DNA of 64,000 nucleotides from contig DATGDT010000257.1 of the NCBI GenBank assembly GCA_035310725.1, positions 1,216 to 65,215 of the forward strand, given 5' to 3'. Each line of letters opens with the position of its first letter. Position 1 is the stretch's first letter. The DNA comes from Gemmatimonadales bacterium (lineage in GTDB: Bacteria > Gemmatimonadota > Gemmatimonadetes > Gemmatimonadales > GWC2-71-9). The notes below the pieces were generated by a model, which searched no databases, was not told the origin of the DNA, and worked only from the letters and a program-made list of their open reading frames with translations. Shown piece after piece: positions 1-8,912 of this stretch. The position numbers and the translations under genes are program-made.

Positions 1-469
1 GCTGGTTCAGGGAATGGTGATGACCACGATGGAGAATCGTGACGCCGGCCAGGTTGGCCAGGAGTCCCACGCTGGCGACGCCGAGCAGCAGTCCGCCATG
101 CACGGCCGGTGGGACCTGCAGGCGGCGCACCGCCTCGATGCCGATTCCCAGCGCGATCGCGATCAGCGCGGCGCCGTTCACCAGAGCTGCGAGGATCTCG
201 AGCCGAACCAGCCCGTAGGTGCGCTCAGGCGTCGCCGGGCGCTGCGCCATCCGTAGCACCATCAGTGCGAGCCCCAGCGCCACCACGTCGGCCAGCATAT
301 GACCCGCATCCGCGAGCAGCGCCAGCGAATGAGCCAGCCACCCGCCGACCGCTTCCGCGACCATCACCGTGGCGGTGAGGCCGAGCACCCATGCGAGGCG
401 GCGGGCGCTTTCGCTCCGCTCCGGCACTCGATGCGCGCATTGAACGTCGAGCGGCAGGGTCTGGGTCAT
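1..469 (-). CDS. Cation diffusion facilitator (CzcD/ZitB-like) transporter, N-terminal part; 3' end runs off the window
   Basis: Absent from the ORF track because there is no stop in the window. Hand translation from ATG (revcomp of 467-469) gives MTQTLPLDVQCAHRVPERSESARRLAWVLGLTATVMVAEAVGGWLAHSLALLADAGHMLADVVALGLALMVLRMAQRPATPERTYGLVRLEILAALVNGAALIAIALGIGIEAVRRL...HRGHHHSLNQ. This is typical CDF TM1-TM3 sequence. Confidence 0.85.
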   Translation of the reverse strand, partial: MTQTLPLDVQCAHRVPERSESARRLAWVLGLTATVMVAEAVGGWLAHSLALLADAGHMLADVVALGLALMVLRMAQRPATPERTYGLVRLEILAALVNGAALIAIALGIGIEAVRRLQVPPAVHGGLLLGVASVGLLANLAGVTILHRGHHHSLNQ

Positions 470-541
470 GTGTGCTCCAGCCGAAGGATAGGCAACTCGC
501 GCCTTGATGTCACCCTCGGCCCCGCTACTTTCCCCCTCCCT

Positions 542-1873
542 ATGCCAGCGCCCGCCGCTGAATCCCTGGGCCTTCGCCTCGCGGCAGTCGCCATTCTCAT
601 CCTGGTGAACGCCTTCTTCGTGGCCGCCGAGTTCTCCCTCGTCGCCGCGCGCCGCACGCGCATCGAAGCCATGGTCCGCCGCGGCGACCGGAAGGCGAAG
701 ACGGTCCTCGTGGCGCTGCACGACATGAACCGGCAGCTCTCCGCCGCCCAGCTCGGCATCACGGTCGCCTCGATTCTCCTGGGCTACGTCGCGGAAGACA
801 CGGTCGCCCACCTGTTTCGCGGATGGTTTTCGGCGCTCCCCCCGGCGCTCAGCTTCCTGACGCGCGGCGGGGTCGCGTCGGTTGTCGCCGTGTCCATTGT
901 TTCCTTCCTGCACGTCGTATTCGGGGAGCAGGCGCCCAAGGCATGGGCGATCACCTACCCCGAAGGGACGAGCCGCTGGATCGCGGCGCCGCTCATCTTC
1001 TTTTCCCTGATCACCCGGCCCTTCACCGGCCTCCTGAACTGGAGCGCCAACCGGATCGTGCGGCTGTTCGGCATCAAGGGCGGCACGGCCGAGCACGAGC
1101 GCGTGCACTCCCCCGAGGAGATCATGATGCTCGTCGAGCAGAGCCGCAAAACCGGACGCCTCGCCCCGCAGGACGCGCGCATGATCGAGGGGGTGTTCGA
1201 GTTCAGCGAGAAGAACGCACGGGACGTCATGACGCCCCGCACGCAGGTCATCGCGCTGCAGAGCGACCTCACCCTCTCACAGGCCGCCGACCGGGTGGCG
1301 GCGGCGGGCCGCTCGCGCTACCCGGTGTATCGCGAATCGCTGGACGACGTCATCGGCGTGGTGCACGCCAAGGCGATCCTGGCCGGGCTTCGGGCCGACC
1401 CCGCGCAGCGTCTCGAGGCGATCATGCGCCCCACGCTCTTCGTGCCCGGCACGCGCGAGGTCGAGGACGTCCTGGCCGACATGAAGCGCCAGAAAGTCCA
1501 CATGGCCATCGTGCTCGACGAGTACGGCGGCACCGCCGGTCTCGTCACGATGGAAGATCTGCTGGAAGAGATCGTGGGACAGATCTACGATGAGTACGAC
1601 CGTCCCGAGGCGGGCGTCGCCGCCGGCGGCGCGACGGCGCCCGCTCCCGTGATCGCCGGCGGCACCGAGGTCGCCGACGTCAACCGGACCTATGGACTCC
1701 AGATCGACGATACCGACTACACGACGATCGGCGGGGTCCTGTTCGGAGAGCTGGGCCGGCTCCCCAAGGTCGGCGATCGGCTCGAGATCGCGGGCGCGAC
1801 CTTCGAGGTGCTGGAAATGGACGGCCGGCGGGTCGGCAAGGTACGGGTGACGCAACCGCGACCCGCCGCCTGA
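542..1873 (+). CDS. HlyC/CorC-family transporter (DUF21 membrane domain + CBS pair + CorC_HlyC C-terminal domain)
   Basis: Part of ORF 299-1873. I moved the start to ATG 542 (MPAPAAESLGLRLAAVAILILVNAFFVAAEFSLV), where the DUF21-like TM region begins. CBS-like and C-terminal transporter-associated regions are visible (RDVMTPR..., VLDEYGGTAGLVTMEDLLEEIVG). Confidence 0.85.
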   Translation: MPAPAAESLGLRLAAVAILILVNAFFVAAEFSLVAARRTRIEAMVRRGDRKAKTVLVALHDMNRQLSAAQLGITVASILLGYVAEDTVAHLFRGWFSALPPALSFLTRGGVASVVAVSIVSFLHVVFGEQAPKAWAITYPEGTSRWIAAPLIFFSLITRPFTGLLNWSANRIVRLFGIKGGTAEHERVHSPEEIMMLVEQSRKTGRLAPQDARMIEGVFEFSEKNARDVMTPRTQVIALQSDLTLSQAADRVAAAGRSRYPVYRESLDDVIGVVHAKAILAGLRADPAQRLEAIMRPTLFVPGTREVEDVLADMKRQKVHMAIVLDEYGGTAGLVTMEDLLEEIVGQIYDEYDRPEAGVAAGGATAPAPVIAGGTEVADVNRTYGLQIDDTDYTTIGGVLFGELGRLPKVGDRLEIAGATFEVLEMDGRRVGKVRVTQPRPAA

Positions 1874-1882
1874 CGCCCGAGC

Positions 1883-2821
1883 TCAGTCTCGCACGCGGCT
1901 CCGCTGCGCCAGCTCGGTCGCGAGCTCGAGGGCGGCCCGCATGCTCCCTGGATCCGCAACGCCCTTTCCCGCGATGTCGAACGCCGTGCCGTGATCGGGC
2001 GATGTCCGCGGAAACGGCAATCCCAGGGTGATGTTCACGCCCTTGCCGAACCCGGCCACCTTGACGGCCGTCATGCCGACGTCGTGGTAGGGAGCGAGCA
2101 CCGCGTCGAACATCCCGCGCAGCGCCTTCACGAACACCGTGTCGGCCGGCAGCGGGCCCGCGGCCCCGAGCGCCTGCGCCGCGGGTCGGAGGATGCGATC
2201 GTCCTCGTCGCCGAACAGGCCGCCTTCGCCGGCATGGGGGTTCAGCGCGCACAGCGCGAGCCGAGGCGTGGCCAGCCCCCACCACCGCTCCAGCGCCGCC
2301 TCCGTCAGCCGTCCGACCGCGACGATCCCCTCGGTGGTGAGACGCTGCGGCACCTCACGCAGCGGGATGTGCGTGGTCACCAGGACGACACGCAGCGGAC
2401 CTGCGGCCAGCATCATCGCCGTCGGAATATCGCCGGCCAGGCGTGACAGCAGCTCCGTGACGCCGGGAAACGGGTAGCCGGCGAGGTGGAGGGCGCGTTT
2501 CTCGACCGGCCCGGTGACCACCGCGTCCACCTCTCCGGCCCGGGCCAGCCACACGGCGCGCTCGATCGACCGGACAGCGAGTTGCCCTGCCGCCCGCGCA
2601 CGCTCCTCACCCGCTCGGCCCTCGTCCCCCGTCCCCCGTCCCCAGTTTCCCACCCCGATCCGGCTGCGCGCCGCGATGCCGTTCAGCAGATCATCCGGTC
2701 CCACGAGCACGACATCCGCGCCCAGCGGACCGCCGGCGAGCGCACGTGTCACGACCTCCGGCCCGATCCCTCGCGGATCGCCGAGCGTCACGGCGAGTCG
2801 CGGGCGGCGCGCGGCGGCCAC
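1883..2821 (-). CDS. pdxA: 4-hydroxythreonine-4-phosphate dehydrogenase
   Basis: C-terminal 313 aa of the artefactually long ORF 1883-4393: LAVTLGDPRGIGPEV...TGPVEKRAL...LNPHAGEGGLFG...TSPDHGTAFDIAGKG. GTG start at 2821 lies 2 nt after the surA stop. Confidence 0.9.
   Translation of the reverse strand: MAAARRPRLAVTLGDPRGIGPEVVTRALAGGPLGADVVLVGPDDLLNGIAARSRIGVGNWGRGTGDEGRAGEERARAAGQLAVRSIERAVWLARAGEVDAVVTGPVEKRALHLAGYPFPGVTELLSRLAGDIPTAMMLAAGPLRVVLVTTHIPLREVPQRLTTEGIVAVGRLTEAALERWWGLATPRLALCALNPHAGEGGLFGDEDDRILRPAAQALGAAGPLPADTVFVKALRGMFDAVLAPYHDVGMTAVKVAGFGKGVNITLGLPFPRTSPDHGTAFDIAGKGVADPGSMRAALELATELAQRSRVRD
2619..2643 (-). repeat. Tandem heptamer block (GGGGACG)x3+AGGG inside pdxA, encoding GRGTGDEGRA
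   Basis: Plus strand reads ccct cgtcccc cgtcccc cgtcccc. By hand alignment it is 26/28 identical to the heptamer block at 25060-25087 (envC 5' end), in the same reading frame. Confidence 0.9.
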
Positions 2822-2823
2822 GG

Positions 2824-4137
2824 TCAGAGCCGGATGTCGATGTAGGTCTGGCGGCGCAGCTGATCGACGTAGTGACGGACCCCCAGCTCCTGGGCGAGCT
2901 GGGTGCGGATCTGGTCCCGCACGTCGTCGTACGTCACTTCCCCTTCGGCCTGCCGTGCCGTGACCTCGAGCACCACGAACTGCGGGCGGGCGCCCGCGGC
3001 GCCCAGCTCGAGCACCGGCTTGAGCCCCATCGTGCTGTCGGCGGTGAACAGCCGCTGGTATTCCGGTCCTAGCTGGGCGATGGCGACGCCTTCCGCCAGC
3101 TTGGGAACGTTCTGGTCCCCGTAGCGCTGAGCCAGCGAATCGAACGATGCCCCGCGGGCGAGAGCGGCGCGCACCGAATCGGCCAGCCGGCGTCCCGACT
3201 CGATTTGTGCAGGCGATACCTCCGGCGCGATGAGGATGTGACGCGCCAGCACCTCGGCGGGCTGGATGCGCTGGACCTGGATGATGTGGAACCCGAAGTC
3301 GGTTTCCACGACGTCCGAGATCTCGCCGGGCCGGAGCCGGAAGGCGGTCTCCTCGAAAGCCTTGACCATCGTACCGCGGCGGAACCACCCGAGCGTGCCG
3401 CCCGAGTCCCGCGTGGTGCTGTCCGCCGACAGCCGCCGCGCCAGCTCGGCAAAATCGGCGCCTCCCCGCAGCACGACGACCAGAGACTCGGCCGTCGCCC
3501 GCGCGCGGGCGCGCGCCGCGGAGTCGGGCCGCGGCAGGATGACGATCTGGCGGAATGAAACGTTCGCCGGACGCTGCTGCGCCTGGCCCTTGTTCTCGTC
3601 CCAGTACGCGCGCATCTGCGCGTCGCTCGGGGGGATCGGCTTGATCTTCTCCCGCTGCCGCAGGTTCTCCAGCAATCGCGTGCGCAGGATCTCGCGGCGC
3701 TGGTTCTCCGTGAGCCACCGGCGCCACTCCTCCACCCCGCCGAACGCGGCCAGCCGCAGCTGCTGCTGGAATTCCGTCTCGGACGCGAACCGGCCGCGCA
3801 CGTTGCGCACCGTCTGCTCCACCGCGTCCTGCACCTCCTGCTCGGTCACCTTCACCGTCGTGTCGTGCTCCGCCTGCTGCACCAGCAGCTCGGTCTCGAC
3901 CAGGGTGCTCAGGATACGGCGCCGCAGGGCCGCGCGGCCGGCCGAATCCTGGGGGACCGCCTGACCCGCCGCCTGTGCCTGGGCCAGTTCCTCCTCGAGC
4001 TGCGAGGCCAGGATCGGCGTCGTGCCCACGACGGCCACGATGCGGTCGACCGGCACGGTGTTCTGCGCCCACGCGACTGGAGCCGCGGTCGCTCCGAGCG
4101 ACAGCGCGAGGAGCGCGTGCCGGCCGGGTCTGATCAT
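2824..4137 (-). CDS. surA: SurA-like periplasmic chaperone / parvulin-type peptidyl-prolyl isomerase
   Basis: ORF 437 aa. It has a signal peptide (ALLALSLGATAAPVAWAQ), a SurA N-domain-like region and a PpiC rotamase motif (GGTLGWFRRGTMVKAFEETAF...DFGFHIIQV). ATGA overlap with the upstream PPIase gene. Confidence 0.85.
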   Translation of the reverse strand: MIRPGRHALLALSLGATAAPVAWAQNTVPVDRIVAVVGTTPILASQLEEELAQAQAAGQAVPQDSAGRAALRRRILSTLVETELLVQQAEHDTTVKVTEQEVQDAVEQTVRNVRGRFASETEFQQQLRLAAFGGVEEWRRWLTENQRREILRTRLLENLRQREKIKPIPPSDAQMRAYWDENKGQAQQRPANVSFRQIVILPRPDSAARARARATAESLVVVLRGGADFAELARRLSADSTTRDSGGTLGWFRRGTMVKAFEETAFRLRPGEISDVVETDFGFHIIQVQRIQPAEVLARHILIAPEVSPAQIESGRRLADSVRAALARGASFDSLAQRYGDQNVPKLAEGVAIAQLGPEYQRLFTADSTMGLKPVLELGAAGARPQFVVLEVTARQAEGEVTYDDVRDQIRTQLAQELGVRHYVDQLRRQTYIDIRL

Positions 4138-5618
4138 TGCACCGTGCGCCGCACCGGCGCCTTGCGCAACACCGAGTCGGGAACCGGGGGGACGGGCGGA
4201 GGTCCGGGAGCCGGCCGGACCTCAGCACCGGGACCGCCGGCCGTGGGCGGACGCAACGAATCGGCGCTGGCCCGCAGCGCGACCGCCCGCTCCACTGCCC
4301 GCTGTACGCCGGATTCGTCGATCGACCACTTGCTCCGCTCGCGCAGCAGCTGCGCGAGCAGCGGTGGCACGGGGAAGAACTGCGTCTGCCCACCCACCAG
4401 CCGGTCGAAGTAGTCGTTCACGCGCGCCATCATGAAGCGCTCCCGCCCTTCTTTGGTCGTCGCTGAATCGTGCAGCATGGCGGGAGTGAATCGCAGCTCG
4501 GAGCCCAGGATGGCGAGCGAGGAATCGTACTCGGTCCGGATCGCCACCCACTCCGTGTCGGTGAGCTGCACCTTGGCGGAGTCCGCTTGCCGCAACGCCA
4601 GATGCCGCTCCGTGAGCCGCTGCAGCAGCTCCCCGATCGCCGAATCGCTCGCCTGTGGAATACTGCCGAGATAGCGGGGATCGATGCCGTACAACCAGCG
4701 CACCAGGTCCTTCATTCTGAACTCGCCGCCGTCGTAGCTGACCAGCGACTTGTTGCTGTGGGCCGCGGCGTCCAGGTCCTGCGTGGCGGATCGCACGGCC
4801 TCGCCCGCCCCGCTGGACACCCGCACGTGACGTGTGGCCGAGAGATTGGCCATATACGAAGAATCGAACCGCATCAGCAACGCATCCTTGGCGCCTTCCG
4901 CGAAGCTGTCGCGAATCTCGGCCAGCGGCGGACGGCGGATGATGTGGAAGCCGAACGGTGTGCGCACCACGCCCGACATCGCGCCGGGTGACAGCTGCCA
5001 CGCGGCGTCTTCGAACGGCGCCACGAACTGCCCCCGCGGCCGCACGCCGAGCCAGCCGCCCGCCGCCTTCGACCCGGGATCCTCCGAGCTGCGCCGCGCC
5101 ACCGCCTCGAAGTTGGTTCCCCCCGTCGCCACGAGGGAGCGCCACAGGGCGTTGGCCTGGGCCTCCTTCTGCTGCACCACGGTCGGCGCGGCGCTCTGGG
5201 GAACGGTGATGAGCACATGCTGGAAGGCCCGCAGCTCCCCGGCGGCGAACAGCGAATCGATCTGCCGGTCGTTCGGCATCCGGTCGGCGCTGATGCGGTC
5301 GTGGAAATGAGAGAACTTCAGCTGGGATACGGCGGGCCACATCGCCTCCGCCACGATCGCGGTGTCGCTGAGAGACTGGCCGTCGGCCATGGCCATGGCG
5401 AACAACGTGAAGTCCACATACACGCCGGCCAGCTTGCCCAGGTTCGTCGGCTGCAGCGGGAAGCCTTTGGCCCGCGCGGCGATCTCGGCGAGGCGCTCCA
5501 CACTCAGGGTCTGGCCGGCGGCGCGCGCCGCGGCATCGGGATGGGCCGTGAACGCGTCCCGAATCGCCGTGCATCCGGTCACCGCGAGCCCCACCACCAC
5601 GAACACCAGTCGACGCAT
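4134..5618 (-). CDS. Lipoprotein peptidyl-prolyl isomerase (PpiC/parvulin type, SurA/PrsA-like)
   Basis: ORF 494 aa. Lipobox VGLAVTGC and rotamase core GGWLGVRPRGQFVAPFEDAAWQLSPGAMSGVVRTPFGFHIIRR. Confidence 0.8.
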   Translation of the reverse strand: MRRLVFVVVGLAVTGCTAIRDAFTAHPDAAARAAGQTLSVERLAEIAARAKGFPLQPTNLGKLAGVYVDFTLFAMAMADGQSLSDTAIVAEAMWPAVSQLKFSHFHDRISADRMPNDRQIDSLFAAGELRAFQHVLITVPQSAAPTVVQQKEAQANALWRSLVATGGTNFEAVARRSSEDPGSKAAGGWLGVRPRGQFVAPFEDAAWQLSPGAMSGVVRTPFGFHIIRRPPLAEIRDSFAEGAKDALLMRFDSSYMANLSATRHVRVSSGAGEAVRSATQDLDAAAHSNKSLVSYDGGEFRMKDLVRWLYGIDPRYLGSIPQASDSAIGELLQRLTERHLALRQADSAKVQLTDTEWVAIRTEYDSSLAILGSELRFTPAMLHDSATTKEGRERFMMARVNDYFDRLVGGQTQFFPVPPLLAQLLRERSKWSIDESGVQRAVERAVALRASADSLRPPTAGGPGAEVRPAPGPPPVPPVPDSVLRKAPVRRTVQ

Positions 5619-5636
5619 GCCAGGACTCCAATCCGG

Positions 5637-8600
5637 TCAGAGATCGGCGGATACCGCCGTGAGTGCCCGCACCAGCCCGGGCCCGATCGCCTCGCCCCCC
5701 AAGCGCCGGAGTCGCAGCGAGAGCGGAACCGTCCGGCGAACGTCGGCGGCGAACTGCACCGCGTCGAGCGCCGCCGTGAGGCCGGCCATGCGGGGCCGGG
5801 CGTCCCGCCGAAACGTGAGCCGCGCCTCATCGCCCCGCACCAGGATCGTTTCCAATCCCGCCCGGGCGCCGAGCGCGCGGAGTTCCGTCACGAGCAGCAG
5901 TCGCTCCGCCTCGGGAGGCAGGGGGCCGAAACGGTCACGCAGCTCCTCGCGAACCGCTGGAATCTCGCCAGGCCGCTCCGCGCGCGCCAGTCGGCGGTAC
6001 ACGTCCAGCTTCGACGCATGATCGGACACGTAGTCGTCCGGCAAGTGCGCGGCTTCGTCGAAGGCGACCTCGGGCGCGGGGAGCGGACCGCGCTCCGCAC
6101 CACCCTCCTTGAGTGTGCGCACTTCCTCTTCGAGCCACCGCAGGTACGTGTCGAAGCCGACCGCCTGCGCCTGGCCGGATTGCTCGGCACCCAGCAGATT
6201 GCCCGCGCCGCGCAGCTCCAGATCGCGCAGCGCGATCCGGTACCCCGAACCCAGATCCGTATGATGCTCGAGCACCGCGAGGCGCTCCTCCGCCGCCGGA
6301 TCGACCGGCTCGGGCACGAGCAGGTAACAGGAAGCCCGCCGGTGGCTCCGTCCCACACGGCCGCGCAGCTGATAGAGCTGCGCCAGACCGAAGCGGTCCG
6401 CCCGGTCCACGATCATGGTATTCGCGTTCGGCACGTCGAGCCCCGATTCGACGATCATGGTACACACCAGCACGTCCACCTCGCCCGCCACGAAGCGGGC
6501 CATCACGCGGTCCAGCTCCGCTTCCTTCATCTGACCGTGCGCCACGGCCAGCCGCGCGCGCGGCGCCAGCGTGCCCACACGGGCCGCGATGGTGTCGATC
6601 GTCTCGATGCGGTTGTGCACGAAGTACACCTGGCCCCCCCGGTCGAGCTCTCGCGCCATGGCCTCCTCGAGCAACCCGTCGTCCCACGGCTCGATGAACG
6701 TGAGCACCGGCGAACGATCCTTGGGGGGTGTTTCCAGCAACGTCAGGTCCCGCAGTCCGGCGAGCGACAGGTGCAGCGTGCGGGGAATCGGCGTCGCCGT
6801 CAGCGTCAGCACGTCGACGCTCAGCTTCAGAGCCTTCAGGCGCTCCTTGTGTTTCACTCCGAAGCGGTGCTCCTCGTCCACGATCACCAAGCCGAGGTCC
6901 TTGAACGACACATCCTGGGAGAGCAGCCGGTGCGTGCCGACCACCAGGTCGAGCGATCCGTCTACGAGCCGTGCCAGTGCCGCCGCGCTCTCGCGCGGAG
7001 ACCGGAACCGCGACAACACCTCGAGTCGCACGGGATAGTCGGCGAGCCGCTCCCGGAACGTGCGCCCGTGCTGCTCCGCGAGAATGGTCGTCGGCACCAG
7101 CACGGCGACCTGCTTACCCGCCTGGACCGCCTTGAAGGCGGCGCGCAGCGCGACCTCCGTCTTGCCGTACCCCACGTCACCCACGAGGAGCCGGTCCATC
7201 GGCCGGGCCCGCTCCATGTCGCGCTTCACCTCGACGGTCGCCCGCACCTGGTCGGGGGTGTCCTCGTACAGGAAGGCCGACTCCAGCTCGCGCTGCCACT
7301 GAGTGTCCGGAGGGAAGGCGAAGCCGGGGGCGAGCTGCCGTCGCGCGTACAGCGCGAGCAGCTCCTGCGTCATGGCGCGAATCGCGGCCCGGGTCTTGTC
7401 GCGCTGCCGCTGCCAGCTGGTGCCGCCGAGCCGGTGCAGGCGCGGCGGCGGCGCCTCTCCATCCCCCGGCGAGCGATACGGCTCGAGCTGATCCAGCCGG
7501 TACAGCGGGACGTTGAGCCGGTCGCCGCCCTCGTACTCGACGACCGCCACTTCCAGCGTGGCCTCGCCCACCGCGATGGTCTGCAGTCCGCGAAAAATCC
7601 CGATGCCGTGCTCCAGGTGGACCACGAAGTCGCCCGGCGCGAGCGGCCGGGACGCGGCCGCAGACGTCGACGTGCGGTAGCGCCGCGGGCGCCGCAGGCG
7701 ACGGGCGCGACGGAAGATCTCGTGGTCGGTGAGCACCCGCAGTGCCGGCAATACGAACCCTGCGTCCAGTGCTCCCACCACGAGCGTCGCCCCCCCGGCG
7801 TACTCGCCGAGCAGGTCCTCGAGGCGCTCCAGCTGTCCCTCGTTGTCGCACAGGATGACGGTCGGCGGGGGTGCGTTCACGACCTGACGCAGCCGTTTGA
7901 GGTCCCGGTCGATCGCTTCAGGGGGCGCCAGCGGGAAACGCAGCTTGGGGTCCTCCGCCCCGACCCCCGGCACGAAACGCCCGAACCGCCGCACCGCCGC
8001 CGTCCATTCCGACGGCGGGACGAGCTGTTGTTCCCGGGACGGCGCATCCACGCCCATCCGCCGAGCGACCTCCACGTGGTGCGCGGTCTCCGACCACGCC
8101 CGGTCCACCTCGTGCTCGACGGCCGGCTCCTGGTCCAACACCAGGACGGCATCGCTGGGGAGCAGGTCGAGCAGCGTCGAGCGAACGGGTTCCTCGTCGT
8201 CAGGCGCGCCCGCTTCCGAGCGGACGGGCAGCACCGTCACGTGCTGGAGCTCCTCTCCCGACCGCTGGGTATCCAGATCGAAGGAGCGCAGCGAAACGAT
8301 TTCGTCGGCCCACCACTCGATCCGCGCCGGCGCGGCCATCCCGTACCCGTAGACGTCGAGGATCCCGCCTCGCACGCTGAACTGGGCCACCTCCAGCACC
8401 AGCGGCACCCGTTCCAGGCCCATCTCGGTCAACCGCTGCACCACCGTCGACAGCGTGGAGTCCGGCGCCGGTCCGGTCGTGAGATCCAGGCGGGCGCGCG
8501 CCAGGGCGGCCGGCACCGCCGTCCGCTCCGCGCTCGCCCGAGCCGTCGTCACCACGATGCGAGCCGCTCCCGACAACAACGCCTGCAACGTCTCGATCCG

Positions 8601-8912
8601 CTCGCCCGCGATCTCGACGTGCGGCTCCTCGAGCCCCAGGCTCTCTCGCTGCGGATAGAGCGCCACGGCGCCCTCCCCGCCGCGCAGGGCCTGCAGGTCG
8701 GCCAGCCAGCGTTCGGCGTCGGCCGGTGCCGGGGTCACCACGACGAAAAGGCGCTGCGGCAGCCGTCGCGCGAGTGCGGCGACCAAGACGGCCGGGCTGG
8801 ACCCGGGAAGGCCACCCACCGCAACCCGCCCACCGGCACCCGGTACGCGCTCCGCAACGGCACGGGTCGCGGGGATCTCATCCAGGCGATCGAGCAGGAA
8901 TTCGAGCGACAT
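5637..8912 (-). CDS. mfd: Transcription-repair coupling factor
   Basis: ORF 1091 aa. UvrB-homology N-terminus, CarD/TRCF domain and DEAD-box helicase motifs (GDVGYGKTEVALRAAF, DEEHRFGV, TATPIPRT, QLRGRVGRS). Confidence 0.95.
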   Translation of the reverse strand: MSLEFLLDRLDEIPATRAVAERVPGAGGRVAVGGLPGSSPAVLVAALARRLPQRLFVVVTPAPADAERWLADLQALRGGEGAVALYPQRESLGLEEPHVEIAGERIETLQALLSGAARIVVTTARASAERTAVPAALARARLDLTTGPAPDSTLSTVVQRLTEMGLERVPLVLEVAQFSVRGGILDVYGYGMAAPARIEWWADEIVSLRSFDLDTQRSGEELQHVTVLPVRSEAGAPDDEEPVRSTLLDLLPSDAVLVLDQEPAVEHEVDRAWSETAHHVEVARRMGVDAPSREQQLVPPSEWTAAVRRFGRFVPGVGAEDPKLRFPLAPPEAIDRDLKRLRQVVNAPPPTVILCDNEGQLERLEDLLGEYAGGATLVVGALDAGFVLPALRVLTDHEIFRRARRLRRPRRYRTSTSAAASRPLAPGDFVVHLEHGIGIFRGLQTIAVGEATLEVAVVEYEGGDRLNVPLYRLDQLEPYRSPGDGEAPPPRLHRLGGTSWQRQRDKTRAAIRAMTQELLALYARRQLAPGFAFPPDTQWQRELESAFLYEDTPDQVRATVEVKRDMERARPMDRLLVGDVGYGKTEVALRAAFKAVQAGKQVAVLVPTTILAEQHGRTFRERLADYPVRLEVLSRFRSPRESAAALARLVDGSLDLVVGTHRLLSQDVSFKDLGLVIVDEEHRFGVKHKERLKALKLSVDVLTLTATPIPRTLHLSLAGLRDLTLLETPPKDRSPVLTFIEPWDDGLLEEAMARELDRGGQVYFVHNRIETIDTIAARVGTLAPRARLAVAHGQMKEAELDRVMARFVAGEVDVLVCTMIVESGLDVPNANTMIVDRADRFGLAQLYQLRGRVGRSHRRASCYLLVPEPVDPAAEERLAVLEHHTDLGSGYRIALRDLELRGAGNLLGAEQSGQAQAVGFDTYLRWLEEEVRTLKEGGAERGPLPAPEVAFDEAAHLPDDYVSDHASKLDVYRRLARAERPGEIPAVREELRDRFGPLPPEAERLLLVTELRALGARAGLETILVRGDEARLTFRRDARPRMAGLTAALDAVQFAADVRRTVPLSLRLRRLGGEAIGPGLVRALTAVSADL

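Noticed and set aside
1883-4393. 836-aa ORF spanning pdxA, surA and beyond
   Set aside because: Only the C-terminal 313 aa are PdxA-like. The upstream part overlaps surA and the PPIase gene in another frame and is Arg/Gly/Ala-rich noise. I therefore trimmed the start to GTG 2821.
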